A DNA stretch of 64,000 nucleotides from Eledone cirrhosa (lineage: Eukaryota), in contig OZ024740.1 of NCBI GenBank assembly GCA_964016885.1, positions 431,396,001-431,460,000 on the forward strand, given 5' to 3'. A program made the translations under genes and the position numbers. Of this stretch, positions 37,201-52,200 are shown piece by piece. The notes beneath the pieces are model-generated. The model was not told the origin of the DNA. It made no database searches and saw only the letters and a list, made by a program, of their open reading frames with translations. The number at the start of each line of letters is the position of its first letter. Within the stretch, counting starts at the first letter, position 1.

Positions 37201-40200
37201 GACATCCTAGAAGTAGGTTGTGGTCTTGAACTCTGTTAAAGACATCCTAGAAGTAGGTTGTGGTGTTGAACTCCGTTAAAGACATCCCAGAAGTAGGTTG
37301 TGGTATTGAACTCTGTTAAAGACATCCCAGGAGTAGGTTGTAGTGTTGAACTCTGTTAAATACATCCTAGAAGTAGGTTGTGGTCTTGAACTCTGTTAAA
37401 GACATCCCAGGAGTAGGTTGTGGTGTTGAACTCTGTTAAAGACATCCTAGAAGTAGGTTGTGGTGTTGAACTCTGTTAAAGACATCCTAGAAGTAGGTTG
37501 TGGTGTTGAACTCTGTTAAAGACATCCCAGGAGTAGGTTGTGGTCTTGAACTCCGTTAAAGACGTCCCAGAAGTAGGTTGTGGTATTGAACTCTGTTAAA
37601 GACATCCCAGGAGTAGGTTGTGGTGTTGAACTCTGTTAAAGACATCCCAGAAGTAGGTTGTGGAGTAGAACTCTGTTAAAGACATCCTAGAAGTAGGTTG
37701 TGGTCTTGAACTCTGTTAAAGACATCCTAGAAGTAGGTTGTGGTCTTGAACTCTGTTAAAGACATCCCAGGAGTATGTTGTGGTGTTGAACTCTGTTAAA
37801 GACATCCCAGGAGTAGGTTGTGGTGTTGAACTCTGTTAAAGATATCCTAGAAGTAGGTTGTGTTATTGAACTCTGTTAAAGACATCGCAGGAGGAGGTTG
37901 TGGTATTGAACTCTGTTAAAGACATCCCATTAGTAGGTTGTGGTGTTGAACTCTGTTAAAGACATCCCAGGCATAGGTTGTGGTGTTGAACTCTGTTAAA
38001 GACATCCTAGAAGTAGGTTGTGTTATTGAACTCTGTTAAAGACATCGCAGGAGTAGGTTGTGGTATTGAACTCTGTTAAAGAAATCCCAGGAGTAGGTTG
38101 TGGTATTGAACACTGTTAAAGACATATCAGAAGTAGGTTGTGGTGTTGAACTCTGTTAAAGACATCCCAGAGGGAGGTGGTGGTGTTGAACTCCGTTAAA
38201 GACATCTCAGGAGTAGGTTGTGGTATTGAACTCTATGAAAGACATCCTAGAAGTAGGTTGTGATATTGAACTCTGTTAAAGACATCTCAGGAGTAGGTTG
38301 TCGTGGTGAACTCTGTTAAAGACATCCCAGAAGTAGTTTGTGGTGTTGAACTCTGTTAAAGTCATCCCAGGAGTAGGTTGTGGTGTTGAACTCTGTAAAA
38401 GACATCTCAGGAGTAGGTTGTGGTGCTGAACTCTGTTAAAGACATCCCAGGAGTAGGCTGTGGTGTTGAACTTTGTTAAAGACATCCCAGGAGTAGGTTA
38501 TGGTATTGAACTCTGTTAAAGACATCCCTAAGGTAGGTTGTGGTGTTGAACTCTGTTAAAGACATCTCAGGTGTAAGTTGTGGAGTTGAACTCTGTTAAA
38601 AACATCCCCGGAGTAGTTGTGGTATTGAACTCTGTTAAAGACATCCTAGAAGTAGGTTGTGGTGTTGAACTCCGTTAAAGACATCCCAGAAGTAGGTGTG
38701 GTGTTGAACTCTCTTAAAGGCATCCCAGGCGTAGGTTGTGGTGTTGAACCCTGTTAAAGACATCTCAGAAGTAGGTCGAGGTATTGAACTCTTATTATAG
38801 ACATCCTACGAGTAGGTTGTGGTGTTGAACTCTGTTAAAGACATCCCAGGAGTAGGTTGTGGTGTTGAACTCTGTTAAAGACATCCTAGAAGTAGGTTGC
38901 GTTATTGAACTCTGTTAAAGACATCGCAGGAGTAGGTTGTGGTATTGAACTCTGTTAAAGACATCCCATTAGTAGGTTGTGGTGTTGAACTCTGTTAAAG
39001 ACATCCCAGGCATAGGTTGTGGTGTTGAACTCTGTTAAAGACATCCTAGAAGTAGGTTGTGTTATTGAACTCTGTTAAAGACATCGCAGGAGTAGGTTGT
39101 GGTATTGAACTCTGTTAAAGACATCCCATTAGTAGGTTGTGGTGTTGAACTCTGTTAAAGACATCCCATTAGTAGGTTGTGGGGTTGAATTCTGTTAAAG
39201 ACATCCCAGAAGTAGGTTGTGGAGTAGAACTCTGTTAAAGACATCCTAGAAGTAGGTTGTGTTATTGAATTCTGTTAAAGACATCCCAGGAGTAGGTTGT
39301 GGTATTGAACTCTGTTAAAGACATCCAAGGAGTAGCTTGTGGTGTTGAACTCTGTTAAAGACATCCCAGAAGTAGGTTGTGGTGTTGAACTCTGTTAAAT
39401 ACATTCCAGCAGTAGGTTGTGGTGTTGAACTCTGTTAAAGACATCCCAGAAGTAGGTTGTGGTATTGAACTCTGTTAAAGACATCCCAGGAGTAGGTTGT
39501 GGTATTGAACTCTGTTAACGACATCCCAGGACTAGGTTGTGGTGTTGAACTCTGTTAAAGAGATCCCAGAAGTAGGTTGTGGTGTTGAACTCTGTTAAAG
39601 ACATCCCAGAAGTAGGTTGTGGTGTTGAACTCTGTTAAAGACATCCCAGAAGTAGGTTGTGGTATTGAACTCTGTTAAAGACATCCCAGGAGTAGGTTGT
39701 GGTGTTGAACTCTGTTAAAGACATCCCAGGAGTAGGTTGTGGTGTTGAACTCTGTTAAAGACATCCCAGGAGTAGGTTGTGGTGTTGAACTCTGTTAAAG
39801 ACTTCCCAGAAGTAGGTTGTTGTATTGAACTCTGTTAAAGACATCCCAGAAGTAGGTTGTGGTGCTGAACTCTGTTATAGACATCCCAGAAGTAGGTTGT
39901 GGTTTTGAACTCGGTTATAGACATCCCAGAAGTAGGTTGTGGTGTTGAACTCTGTTAAAGACATCCCAGAAGTAGGTTGTGGTGTTGAACTCTGTTAAAG
40001 AAATCTCAGGAGTAGGTTGTGGTGTTGAACTCTGTTAAAGACATTCGAGAGGTAGATTGTGGTGTTGAACTTTGTTAAAGAAATCCCAGAAGTAGGTTGG
40101 GGTATTGAACTCTGTTAAAGACATCCCAGGAGTAGGTTGTGGTATTGAACTCTGTTAAAGACATCCCAGAAGTAGGTTGTGGTGTTGAACTCTCTTAAAG

Positions 40201-43200
40201 ACATCCCCAAAACAGGTTGTGGTGTTGAACTCTGTTAAAGACATCCCAGAAGTAGGTTGTAGTGTTGAACTCTGTTAAAGACATACCAAGAGTAGGTTGT
40301 GGTCTTGAACTTTGTTAAAGTGATCCCAGAAGTAGGTTGTGGTGTTGAACTCTGTTAAAGACATCCCAGGCGTAGGTTGTGGTTTTGAACTCTGTTAAAG
40401 ACATCTCAGAAGTAGGTCGTGGTATTGAACTGTTATTATAGACATCCTACGAGTAGGCTGTGGTGTTGAACTCTTTTAAAGACATCCCAGGAGCAGGCTG
40501 TGGTGTTGAACTTTGTTAAAGACATCCCTAAGGTAGGTTGTGGTGTTGAACTCTGTTAAAGACATCTCAGGTGTAAGTTGTGGAGTTGAACTCTGTTAAA
40601 AACATCCCAGAAGTAGGTTGTGGTGTTGAACTGTGTTAAAGATATCCCATGAGTAGGTTGTGATGTTGTACTCTGTTAAAGACATCCCAGAAGTAGGATC
40701 TGGTGTTGAACTCTGTTAAAGACATCCCAGGAGTAGGTTGCGGTGTTGAACTTTGTTAAAGATATCTCAGGAGTAGGTTGTGGTGGTGAACTCTGTTAAA
40801 GACATCCCAGGTGTAGGTTGTGGTATTGAACTCTGTTAAAGACATCCCAGGAGTAGGTTGTGGTGTTGAACTCTGTTAAAGACATCCCAGAAGTAGGTTG
40901 TGGTGTTGAACTGTGTTAAAGATATCCCAGGAGTAGGTTGTGATGTTGAACTCTGTTAAAGACATCCCAGGAGTAGGTTGTGTTGTTGAACTCTGTTAAA
41001 GACATCCCAGAAGTAGGTTATGGTGTTGAACCATGTTAAAGGCATCCCAGGAGTAGGTTGTGGTGTTGAACTCTGTTAAAGACATCCCAGAAGTAGGATG
41101 TGGTGTTGAACTCTGTTAAAGACACCCCAGAAGTAGGTTGTGGTGTTGAACTCTGTTAAAGACATCCCAGGAGTAGGCTGTGGTGTTGAACTTTGTTAAA
41201 GACATCCCAGGAGTAGGTTATGGTATTGAACTCTGTTAAAGACATCCTAGAAGTAGGTTGTGGTCTTGAACTCTGTTAAAGACATCCTAGAAGTAGGTTG
41301 TGGTCTTGAACTCTGTTAAAGACATCCTAGAAGTAGGTTGTGGTGTTGAACTCCGTTAAAGACATCCCAGAAGTAGGTTGTGGTATTGAACTCTGTTAAA
41401 GACATCCCAGGAGTAGGTTGTAGTGTTGAACTCTGTTAAATACATCCTAGAAGTAGGTTGTGGTCTTGAACTCTGTTAAAGACATCCCAGGAGTAGGTTG
41501 TGGTGTTGAACTCTGTTAAAGACATCCTAGAAGTAGGTTGTGGTGTTGAACTCTGTTAAAGACATCCTAGAAGTAGGTTGTGGTGTTGAACTCTGTTAAA
41601 GACATCCCAGGAGTAGGTTGTGGTCTTGAACTCCGTTAAAGACGTCCCAGAAGTAGGTTGTGGTATTGAACTCTGTTAAAGACATCCCAGGAGTAGGTTG
41701 TGGTGTTGAACTCTGTTAAAGACATCCCAGAAGTAGGTTGTGGAGTAGAACTCTGTTAAAGACATCCTAGAAGTAGGTTGTGGTCTTGAACTCTGTTAAA
41801 GACATCCTAGAAGTAGGTTGTGGTCTTGAACTCTGTTAAAGACATCCCAGGAGTATGTTGTGGTGTTGAACTCTGTTAAAGACATCCCAGGAGTAGGTTG
41901 TGGTGTTGAACTCTGTTAAAGATATCCTAGAAGTAGGTTGTGTTATTGAACTCTGTTAAAGACATCGCAGGAGGAGGTTGTGGTATTGAACTCTGTTAAA
42001 GACATCCCATTAGTAGGTTGTGGTGTTGAACTCTGTTAAAGACATCCCAGGCATAGGTTGTGGTGTTGAACTCTGTTAAAGACATCCTAGAAGTAGGTTG
42101 TGTTATTGAACTCTGTTAAAGACATCGCAGGAGTAGGTTGTGGTATTGAACTCTGTTAAAGACATCCCATTAGTAGGTTGTGGTGTTGAACTCTGTTAAA
42201 GACATCCCATTAGTAGGTTGTGGGGTTGAACTCTGTTAAAGACATCCCAGAAGTAGGTTGTGGAGTAGAACTCTGTTAAAGACATCCTAGAAGTAGGTTG
42301 TGTTATTGAATTCTGTTAAAGACAACCCAGGAGTAGGTTGTGGTATTGAACTCTGTTAAAGACATCCAAGGAGTAGCTTGTGGTGTTGAACTCTGTTAAA
42401 GACATCCCAGAAGTAGGTTGTGGTGTTGAACTCTGTTAAATACATTCCAGCAGTAGGTTGTGGTGTTGAACTCTGTTAAAGACATCCCAGAAGTAGGTTG
42501 TGGTATTGAACTCTGTTAAAGACATCCCAGGAGTAGGTTGTGGTATTGAACTCTGTTAACGACATCCCAGGACTAGGTTGTGGTGTTGAACTCTGTTAAA
42601 GAGATCCCAGAAGTAGGTTGTGGTGTTGAACTCTGTTAAAGACATCCCAGGAGTAGGTTGTGGTGTTGAACTTTGTTAAAGAGATCCCAGCAGTAGGTTG
42701 TGGTGTTGAACTCTGTTAAAGACATCCCAGAAGTAGGTTGTGGTGTTGAACTCTGTTAAAGACATCCCAGGAGTAGGTTGTGGTGTTGAACTCTGTTAAA
42801 GACATCCCAGGAGTAGGTTGTGGTGTTGAACTCTGTTAAAGACTTCCCAGAAGTAGGTTGTTGTATTGAACTCTGTTAAAGACATCCCAGAAGTAGGTTG
42901 TGGTGCTGAACTCTGTTATAGACATCCCAGAAGTAGGTTGTGGTTTTGAACTCGGTTATAGACATCCCAGAAGTAGGTTGTGGTGTTGAACTCTGTTAAA
43001 GACATCCCAGAAGTAGGTTGTGGTGTTGAACTCTGTTAAAGAAATCTCAGGAGTAGGTTGTGGTGTTGAACTCTGTTAAAGACATTCGAGAGGTAGATTG
43101 TGGTGTTGAACTTTGTTAAAGAAATCCCAGAAGTAGGTTGGGGTATTGAACTCTGTTAAAGACATCCCAGGAGTAGGTTGTGGTATTGAACTCTGTTAAA

Positions 43201-46200
43201 GACATCCCAGAAGTAGGTTGTGGTGTTGAACTCTCTTAAAGACATCCCCAAAACAGGTTGTGGTGTTGAACTCTGTTAAAGACATCCCAGAAGTAGGTTG
43301 TAGTGTTGAACTCTGTTAAAGACATACCAAGAGTAGGTTGTGGTCTTGAACTTTGTTAAAGTGATCCCAGAAGTAGGTTGTGGTGTTGAACTCTGTTAAA
43401 GACATCCCAGGCGTAGGTTGTGGTTTTGAACTCTGTTAAAGACATCTCAGAAGTAGGTCGTGGTATTGAACTGTTATTATAGACATCCTACGAGTAGGTT
43501 GTGGTGTTGAACTCTTTTAAAGACATCCCAGGAGCAGGCTGTGGTGTTGAACTTTGTTAAAGACATCCCTAAGGTAGGTTGTGGTGTTGAACTCTGTTAA
43601 AGACATCTCAGGTGTAAGTTGTGGAGTTGAACTCTGTTAAAAACATCCCAGAAGTAGGTCGTGGTGTTGAACTGTGTTAAAGATATCCCAGGAGTAGGTT
43701 GTGATGTGTAACTCTGTTAAAGACATCCCAGAAGTAGGATCTGGTGTTGAACTCTGTTAAAGACATCCCAGGAGTAGGCTGCGGTGTTGAACTTTGTTAA
43801 ATATATCTCAGGAGTAGGTTGTGGTGGTGAACTCTGTTAAAGACATCCCAGGTGTAGGTTGTGGTATTGAACTCTGTTAAAGACATCCCAGGAGTAGGTT
43901 GTGGTGTTGAACTCTGTTAAAGACATCCCAGAAGTAGGTTGTGGTGTTGAACTGTGTTAAAGATATCCCAGGAGTAGGTTGTGATGTTGAACTCTGTTAA
44001 AGACATCCCAGGAGTAGGTTGTGTTGTTGAACTCTGTTAAAGACATCCCAGAAATAGGTTATGGTGTTGAACTCTGTTAAAGACATCCCAGGAGTAGGTT
44101 GTGGTGTTGAACTCTGTTAAAGACATCCCAGAAGTATGTTGTGGTATTGAACTCTGTTAAAGACATCCCAGAAGTAGGCTGTGGTGTTGAACTCTGTTAA
44201 AGACATCTCAGAAGTAGGTTGTGGTATTGAACTCTGTTAAAGACATCCCAGAAGTAGGATGTGGTGTTGAACTCTGTTAAAGACACCCCAGAAGTAGGTT
44301 GTGGTGTTGAACTCTGTTAAAGACATCCCAGGAGTAGGCTGTGGTGTTGAACTTTGTTAAAGACATCCCAGGAGTAGGTTATGGTATTGAACTCTGTTAA
44401 AGACATCCTAGAAGTAGGTTGTGGTCTTGAACTCTGTTAAAGACATCCTAGAAGTAGGTTGTGGTCTTGAACTCTGTTAAAGACATCCTAGAAGTAGGTT
44501 GTGGTGTTGAACTCCGTTAAAGACATCCCAGAAGTAGGTTGTGGTATTGAACTCTGTTAAAGACATCCCAGGAGTAGGTTGTAGTGTTGAACTCTGTTAA
44601 AGACATCCTAGAAGTAGGTTGTGGTCTTGAACTCTGTTAAAGACATCCCAGGAGTAGGTTGTGGTGTTGAACTCTGTTAAAGACATCCTAGAAGTAGGTT
44701 GTGGTGTTGAACTCTGTTAAAGACATCCTAGAAGTAGGTTGTGGTGTTGTACTCTGTTAAAGACATCCCAGGAGTAGGTTGTGGTCTTGAACTCCGTTAA
44801 AGACATCCCAGAAGTAGGTTGTGGTATTGAACTCTGTTAAAGACATCCCAGGAGTAGGTTGTGGTGTTGAACTCTGTTAAAGACATCCCAGAAGTAGGTT
44901 GTGGAGTAGAACTCTGTTAAAGACATCCTAGAAGTAGGTTGTGGTCTTGAACTCTGTTAAAGACATCCTAGAAGTAGGTTGTGGTCTTGACCTCTGTTAA
45001 AGACATCCCAGGAGTAGGTTGTGGTGTTGAACTCTGTTAAAGACATCCTAGAAGTAGGTTGTGGTGTTGAACTCTGTTAAAGACATCCTAGAAGTAGGTT
45101 GTGGTGTTGAACTCTGTTAAAGACATCGCAGGAGTAGGTTGTGGTGTTGAACTCTGTTAAAGACATCCCAGGAGTAGGTTGTGGTGTTGAACTCTGTTAA
45201 AGACATCCCAGAAGTAGGTTGTGGTGTTGAACTGTGTTAAAGATATCCCAGTAGTAGGTTGTGATGTTGAACTCTGTTAAAGACATCCCAGAAGTAGGGT
45301 GTGGTGTTGAACTCTGTTAAAGACACCCCAGAAGTAGGTTGTGGTGTTGAACTCTGTTAAGGACATCCCAGGAGTAGGCTGTGGTGTTGAACTTTGTTAA
45401 AGACATCCCAGGAGTAGGTTATGGTATTGAACTCTGTTAAAGACATCCCTAATGTAGGTTGTGGAGTTGAACTCTGTTAAAAACATCCCCGGAGTAGGTT
45501 GTGGTATTGAACTCTGTTAAAGACATCCTAGAAGTAGGTTGTGGTGTTGAACTCCGTTAAAGACATCCCAGAAGTAGGTTGTGGTATTGAACTCTGTTAA
45601 AGACATCTCAGGAGTAGGTTGTGGTGTTGAACTCTGTTAAAGACATCCCAAAAGTAGGTTGTGGTGTTGAACTCTGTTAAAGATATCCCAGAAGTAGGTT
45701 GTGGTGTTGAACTCTGTTAAAGACATCCCAGGCGTAGGTTGTGGTTTTGAACTCTGTTAAAGACAACTCAGAAGTAGGTCGTGGTATTGAACTCTTATTA
45801 TAGACATCCTACGAGTAGGTTGTGGTGTTGAACTCTTATAAAGACATCCCAGGAGCAGGCTGTGGTGTTGAACTTTGTTAAAGACATCCCTAAGGTAGGT
45901 TGTGGTGTTGAACTCTGTTAAAGACATCTCAGGTGTAAGTTGTGGAGTTGAACTCTGTTAAAAACATCCCAGAAGTAGGTTGTGGTGTTGAACTGTGTTA
46001 AAGATATCCCAGGAGTAGGTTGTGATGTTGTACTCTGTTAAAGACATCCCAGAAGTAGGATGTGGTGTTGAACTCTGTTAAAGACACCCCAGAAGTAGAA
46101 TGTGGTGTTGAACTCTGTTAAAGACATCCCAGGAGTAGGCTGCGGTGTTGAACTTTGTTAAAGATATCTCAGGAGTAGGTTGTGGTGGTGAACTCTGTTA

Positions 46201-49200
46201 AAGACATCCCAGGAGTAGGTTGTGGTATTGAACTCTGTTAAAGACATCCCAGGAGTAGGTTGTGGTGTTGAACTCTGTTAAAGACATCCCAGAAGTAGGA
46301 TGTGGTGTTGAACTCTGTTAAAGACACCCCAGAAGTAGGTTGTGGGGTTGAACTCTGTTAAAGACATCCCAGGAGTAGGCTGTGGTGTTGAACTTTGTTA
46401 AAGACATCCCAGGAGTAGGTTATGGTATTGAACTCTGTTAAAGACATCCTAGAAGTAGGTTGTGGTCTTGAACTCTGTTAAAGACATCCTAGAAGTAGGT
46501 TGTGGTCTTGAACTCTGTTAAAGACATCCTAGAAGTAGGTTGTGGTCTTGAACTCCGTTAAAGACATCCCAGAAGTAGGTTGTGGTATTGAACTCTGTTA
46601 AAGACATCCCAGGAGTAGGTTGTGGTGTTGAACTCTGTTAAAGACATCCTAGAAGTAGGTTGTGGTCTTGAACTCTGTTAAAGACATCCTAGAAGTAGGT
46701 TGTGGTCTTGAACTCTGTTAAAGACATCCCAGGAGTAGGTTGTGGTGTTGAACTCTGTTAAAGACATCCTAGAAGTAGGTTGTGGTGTTGAACTCTGTTA
46801 AAGACATCCTAGAAGTAGGTTGTGGTGTTGAACTCTGTTAAAGACATCCCAGGAGTAGGTTGTGGTCTTGAACTCCGTTAAAGACATCCCAGAAGTAGGT
46901 TGTGGTATTGAACTCTGTTAAAGACATCCCAGGAGTAGGTTGTGGTGTTGAACTCTGTTAAAGACATCCTAGAAGTAGGTTGTGGTGTTGAACTCTGTTA
47001 AAGACATCCTAGAAGTAGGTTGTGGTGTTGAACTCCGTTAAAGACATCCCAGAAGTAGGTTGTGGTATTGAACTCTGTTAAAGACATCTCAGGAGTAGGT
47101 TGTGGTGTTGAACTCTGTTAAAGACATCCCAAAAGTAGGTTGTGGTGTTAAACTCTGTTAAAGACATCCCAGAAGTAGGTTGTGGTGTTGAACTCTGTTA
47201 AAGACATCCCAGGCGTAGGTTGTGGTGCTGAACTCTGTTAAAGACATCACAGAAGTAGGTCGTGGTATTGACCTCTTATTATAGACATCCTACGAGTAGG
47301 TTGTGGTGTTGAACTCTGTTAAAGACATCCCAGGAGTAGGTTGTGGTGTTGAACTCTGTTAAAGACATCCCAGGAGTAGGTTGTGGTATTGAACTCTATT
47401 AAAGACATCCTAGAAGTAGGTTGTGTTATTGAACTCTGTTAAAGACATCGCAGGAGTAGGTTGTGGTATTGAACTCTGTTAAAGACATCCCATTAGTAGG
47501 TTGTGGTGTTGAACTCTGTTAAAGACATCCCAGAAGTAGGTTGTGGTGTCGAACTCTGTTAAAGACATCCCAGAAGTAGGTTGTGGAGTAGAACTCTGTT
47601 AAAGACATCCTAGAAGTAGGTTGTGTTATTGAATTCTGTTAAAGACATCCCAGGAGTAGGTTGTGGTATTGAACTCTGTAAAAGACATCCAAGGAGTAGC
47701 TTGTGGTGTTGAACTCTGTTAAAGACATCCCAGAAGTAGGTTGTGGTATTGAACTCTGTTAAAGACATCCCAGGAGTAGGTTGTGGTATTGAACTCTTTG
47801 AACGACATCCCAGGACCAGGTTGTGGTGTTGAACTCTGTTAAAGAGATCCCAGAAGTAGGTTGTGGTGTTGAACTCTGTTAAAGACATCCCAGGAGTAGG
47901 TTGTGGTGTTGAACACTGTTAAAGACATCCCAGAAGTAGGTTGTGGTATTGAACTCTGTTAAAGACATCCCAGGAGTAGGTTGAGGTGTTGAACTCTGTT
48001 AAAGACATCCCAGGAGTAGGTTGTAGTATTGAACTCTGTTAAAGACATCCCAGGAGTAGGTTGTGGTGTTGAACTCTGTTAAAGACATCCCAGGAGTAGG
48101 TTGTGGTGTTGAACTCTGTGAAAGACATCCCAGGAGTAGGCTGTGGTGTTGAACTCTGTTAAAGACTTCCCAGAAGTAGGTTGTTGTATTGAACTCTGTT
48201 AAAGACATCCCAGAAGTAGGTTGTGGTGCTGAACTCTGTTATAGACATCCCAGAAGTAGGTTGTGGTGTTGAACTCTGTTATAGACATCCCAGAAGTAGG
48301 TTGTGGTGTTGAACTCTGTTAAAGACATCCCAGAAGTAGGTTGTGGTATTGAACTCTGTTAAAGACATCTCAGGAGTAGGTTGTGGTGTTGAACTCTGTT
48401 AAAGACATTCGAGAGGTAGGTTGTGGTGTTGAACTCTGTTAAAGACATCCTAGAAGTAGGTTGTGGTGTTGAACTCTGTTAAAGACATCCCAGGAGTAGG
48501 TTGTGGTCTTGAACTCCGTTAAAGACATCCCAGAAGTAGGTTGTGGTATTGAACTCTGTTAAAGACATCCCAGGAGTAGGTTGTGGAGTAGAACTCTGTT
48601 AAAGACATCCTAGAAGTAGGTTGTGTTATTGAATTCTGTTAAAGACATCCCAGGAGTAGGTTGTGGTATTGAACTCTGTTAAAGACATCCAAGGAGTAGC
48701 TTGTGGTGTTGAACTCTGTTAAATACATTCCAGCAGTAGGTTGTGGTGTTGAACTCTGTTAAAGACATCCCAGAAGTAGGTTGTGGTATTGAACTCTGTT
48801 AAAGACATCCCAGAAGTAGGTTGTGGTTTTGAACTCTGTTAAAGACATCTCAGAAGTAGGTCGTGGTATTGAACTCTTATTATAGACATCCTACGAGTAG
48901 GTTGTGGTGTTGAACTCTTATAAAGACATCCCAGGAGCAGGCTGTGGTGTTGAACTTTGTTAAAGACATCCCTAAGGTAGGTTGTGGTGTTGAACTCTGT
49001 TAAAGACATCTCAGGTGTAAGTTGTGGAGTTGAACTCTGTTAAAAACATCCCAGAAGTAGGTTGTGGTGTTGAACTGTGTTAAAGATATCCCAGGAGTAG
49101 GTTGTGATGTTGTACTCTGTTAAAGACATCCCAGAAGTAGGATGTGGTGTTGAACTCTGTTAAAGACACCCCAGAAGTAGAATGTGGTGTTGAACTCTGT

Positions 49201-52200
49201 TAAAGACATCCCAGGAGTAGGCTGCGGTGTTGAACTTTGTTAAAGATATCTCAGGAGTAGGTTGTGGTGGTGAACTCTGTTAAAGACATCCCAGGAGTAG
49301 GTTGTGGTATTGAACTCTGTTAAAGACATCCCAGGAGTAGGTTGTGGTGTTGAACTCTGTTAAAGACATCCCAGAAGTAGGATGTGGTGTTGAACTCTGT
49401 TAAAGACACCCCAGAAGTAGGTTGTGGGGTTGAACTCTGTTAAAGACATCCCAGGAGTAGGCTGTGGTGTTGAACTTTGTTAAAGACATCCCAGGAGTAG
49501 GTTATGGTATTGAACTCTGTTAAAGACATCCTAGAAGTAGGTTGTGGTCTTGAACTCTGTTAAAGACATCCTAGAAGTAGGTTGTGGTCTTGAACTCTGT
49601 TAAAGACATCCTAGAAGTAGGTTGTGGTCTTGAACTCCGTTAAAGACATCCCAGAAGTAGGTTGTGGTATTGAACTCTGTTAAAGACATCCCAGGAGTAG
49701 GTTGTGGTGTTGAACTCTGTTAAAGACATCCTAGAAGTAGGTTGTGGTCTTGAACTCCGTTAAAGACATCCCAGAAGTAGGTTGTGGTATTGAACTCTGT
49801 TAAAGACATCCCAGGAGTAGGTTGTGGTGTTGAACTCTGTTAAAGACATCCTAGAAGTAGGTTGTGGTCTTGAACTCTGTTAAAGACATCCTAGAAGTAG
49901 GTTGTGGTCTTGAACTCTGTTAAAGACATCCCAGGAGTAGGTTGTGGTGTTGAACTCTGTTAAAGACATCCTAGAAGTAGGTTGTGGTGTTGAACTCTGT
50001 TAAAGACATCCTAGAAGTAGGTTGTGGTGTTGAACTCTGTTAAAGACATCCCAGGAGTAGGTTGTGGTCTTGAACTCCGTTAAAGACATCCCAGAAGTAG
50101 GTTGTGGTATTGAACTATGTTAAAGACATCCCAGGAGTAGGTTGTGGTGTTGAACTCTGTTAAAGACATCCTAGAAGTAGGTTGTGGTGTTGAACTCTGT
50201 TAAAGACATCCTAGAAGTAGGTTGTGGTGTTGAACTCCGTTAAAGACATCCCAGAAGTAGGTTGTGGTATTGAACTCTGTTAAAGACATCTCAGGAGTAG
50301 GTTGTGGTGTTGAACTCTGTTAAAGACATCCCAAAAGTAGGTTGTGGTGTTAAACTCTGTTAAAGACATCCCAGAAGTAGGTTGTGGTGTTGAACTCTGT
50401 TAAAGACATCCCAGGCGTAGGTTGTGGTGCTGAACTCTGTTAAAGACATCACAGAAGTAGGTCGTGGTATTGACCTCTTATTATAGACATCCTACGAGTA
50501 GGTTGTGGTGTTGAACTCTGTTAAAGACATCCCAGGAGTAGGTTGTGGTGTTGAACTCTGTTAAAGACATCCCAGGAGTAGGTTGTGGTATTGAACTCTA
50601 TTAAAGACATCCTAGAAGTAGGTTGTGTTATTGAACTCTGTTAAAGACATCGCAGGAGTAGGTTGTGGTATTGAACTCTGTTAAAGACATCCCATTAGTA
50701 GGTTGTGGTGTTGAACTCTGTTAAAGACATCCCAGAAGTAGGTTGTGGTGTCGAACTCTGTTAAAGACATCCCAGAAGTAGGTTGTGGAGTAGAACTCTG
50801 TTAAAGACATCCTAGAAGTAGGTTGTGTTATTGAATTCTGTTAAAGACATCCCAGGAGTAGGTTGTGGTATTGAACTCTGTAAAAGACATCCAAGGAGTA
50901 GCTTGTGGTGTTGAACTCTGTTAAAGACATCCCAGAAGTAGGTTGTGGTATTGAACTCTGTTAAAGACATCCCAGGAGTAGGTTGTGGTATTGAACTCTT
51001 TGAACGACATCCCAGGACCAGGTTGTGGTGTTGAACTCTGTTAAAGAGATCCCAGAAGTAGGTTGTGGTGTTGAACTCTGTTAAAGACATCCCAGGAGTA
51101 GGTTGTGGTGTTGAACACTGTTAAAGACATCCCAGAAGTAGGTTGTGGTATTGAACTCTGTTAAAGACATCCCAGGAGTAGGTTGAGGTGTTGAACTCTG
51201 TTAAAGACATCCCAGGAGTAGGTTGTAGTATTGAACTCTGTTAAAGACATCCCAGGAGTAGGTTGTGGTGTTGAACTCTGTTAAAGACATCCCAGGAGTA
51301 GGTTGTGGTGTTGAACTCTGTTAAAGACATCCCAGGAGTAGGTTGTGGTGCTGAACTCTGTTATAGACATCCCAGAAGTAGGTTGTGGTGTTGAACTCTG
51401 TTATAGACATCCCAGAAGTAGGTTGTGGTGTTGAACTCTGTTAAAGACATCCCAGAAGTAGGTTGTGGTATTGAACTCTGTTAAAGACATCTCAGGAGTA
51501 GGTTGTGGTGTTGAACTCTGTTAAAGACATTCGAGAGGTAGGTTGTGGTGTTGAACTCTGTTAAAGACATCCTAGAAGTAGGTTGTGGTGTTGAACTCTG
51601 TTAAAGACATCCCAGGAGTAGGTTGTGGTCTTGAACTCCGTTAAAGACATCCCAGAAGTAGGTTGTGGTATTGAACTCTGTTAAAGACATCCCAGGAGTA
51701 GGTTGTGGAGTAGAACTCTGTTAAAGACATCCTAGAAGTAGGTTGTGTTATTGAATTCTGTAAAAGACATCCCAGGAGTAGGTTGTGGTATTGAACTCTG
51801 TTAAAGACATCCAAGGAGTAGCTTGTGGTGTTGAACTCTGTTAAATACATTCCAGCAGTAGGTTGTGGTGTTGAACTCTGTTAAAGACATCCCAGAAGTA
51901 GGTTGTGGTATTGAACTCTGTTAAAGACATCCCAGAAGTAGGTTGTGGTTTTGAACTCTGTTAAAGACATCTCAGAAGTAGGTCGTGGTATTGAACTCTT
52001 ATTATAGACATCCTACGAGTAGGTTGTGGTGTTGAACTCTTATAAAGACATCCCAGGAGCAGGCTGTGGTGTTGAACTTTGTTAAAGACATCCCTAAGGT
52101 AGGTTGTGGTGTTGAACTCTGTTAAAGACATCTCAGGTGTAAGTTGTGGAGTTGAACTCTGTTAAAAACATCCCAGAAGTAGGTTGTGGTGTTGAACTGT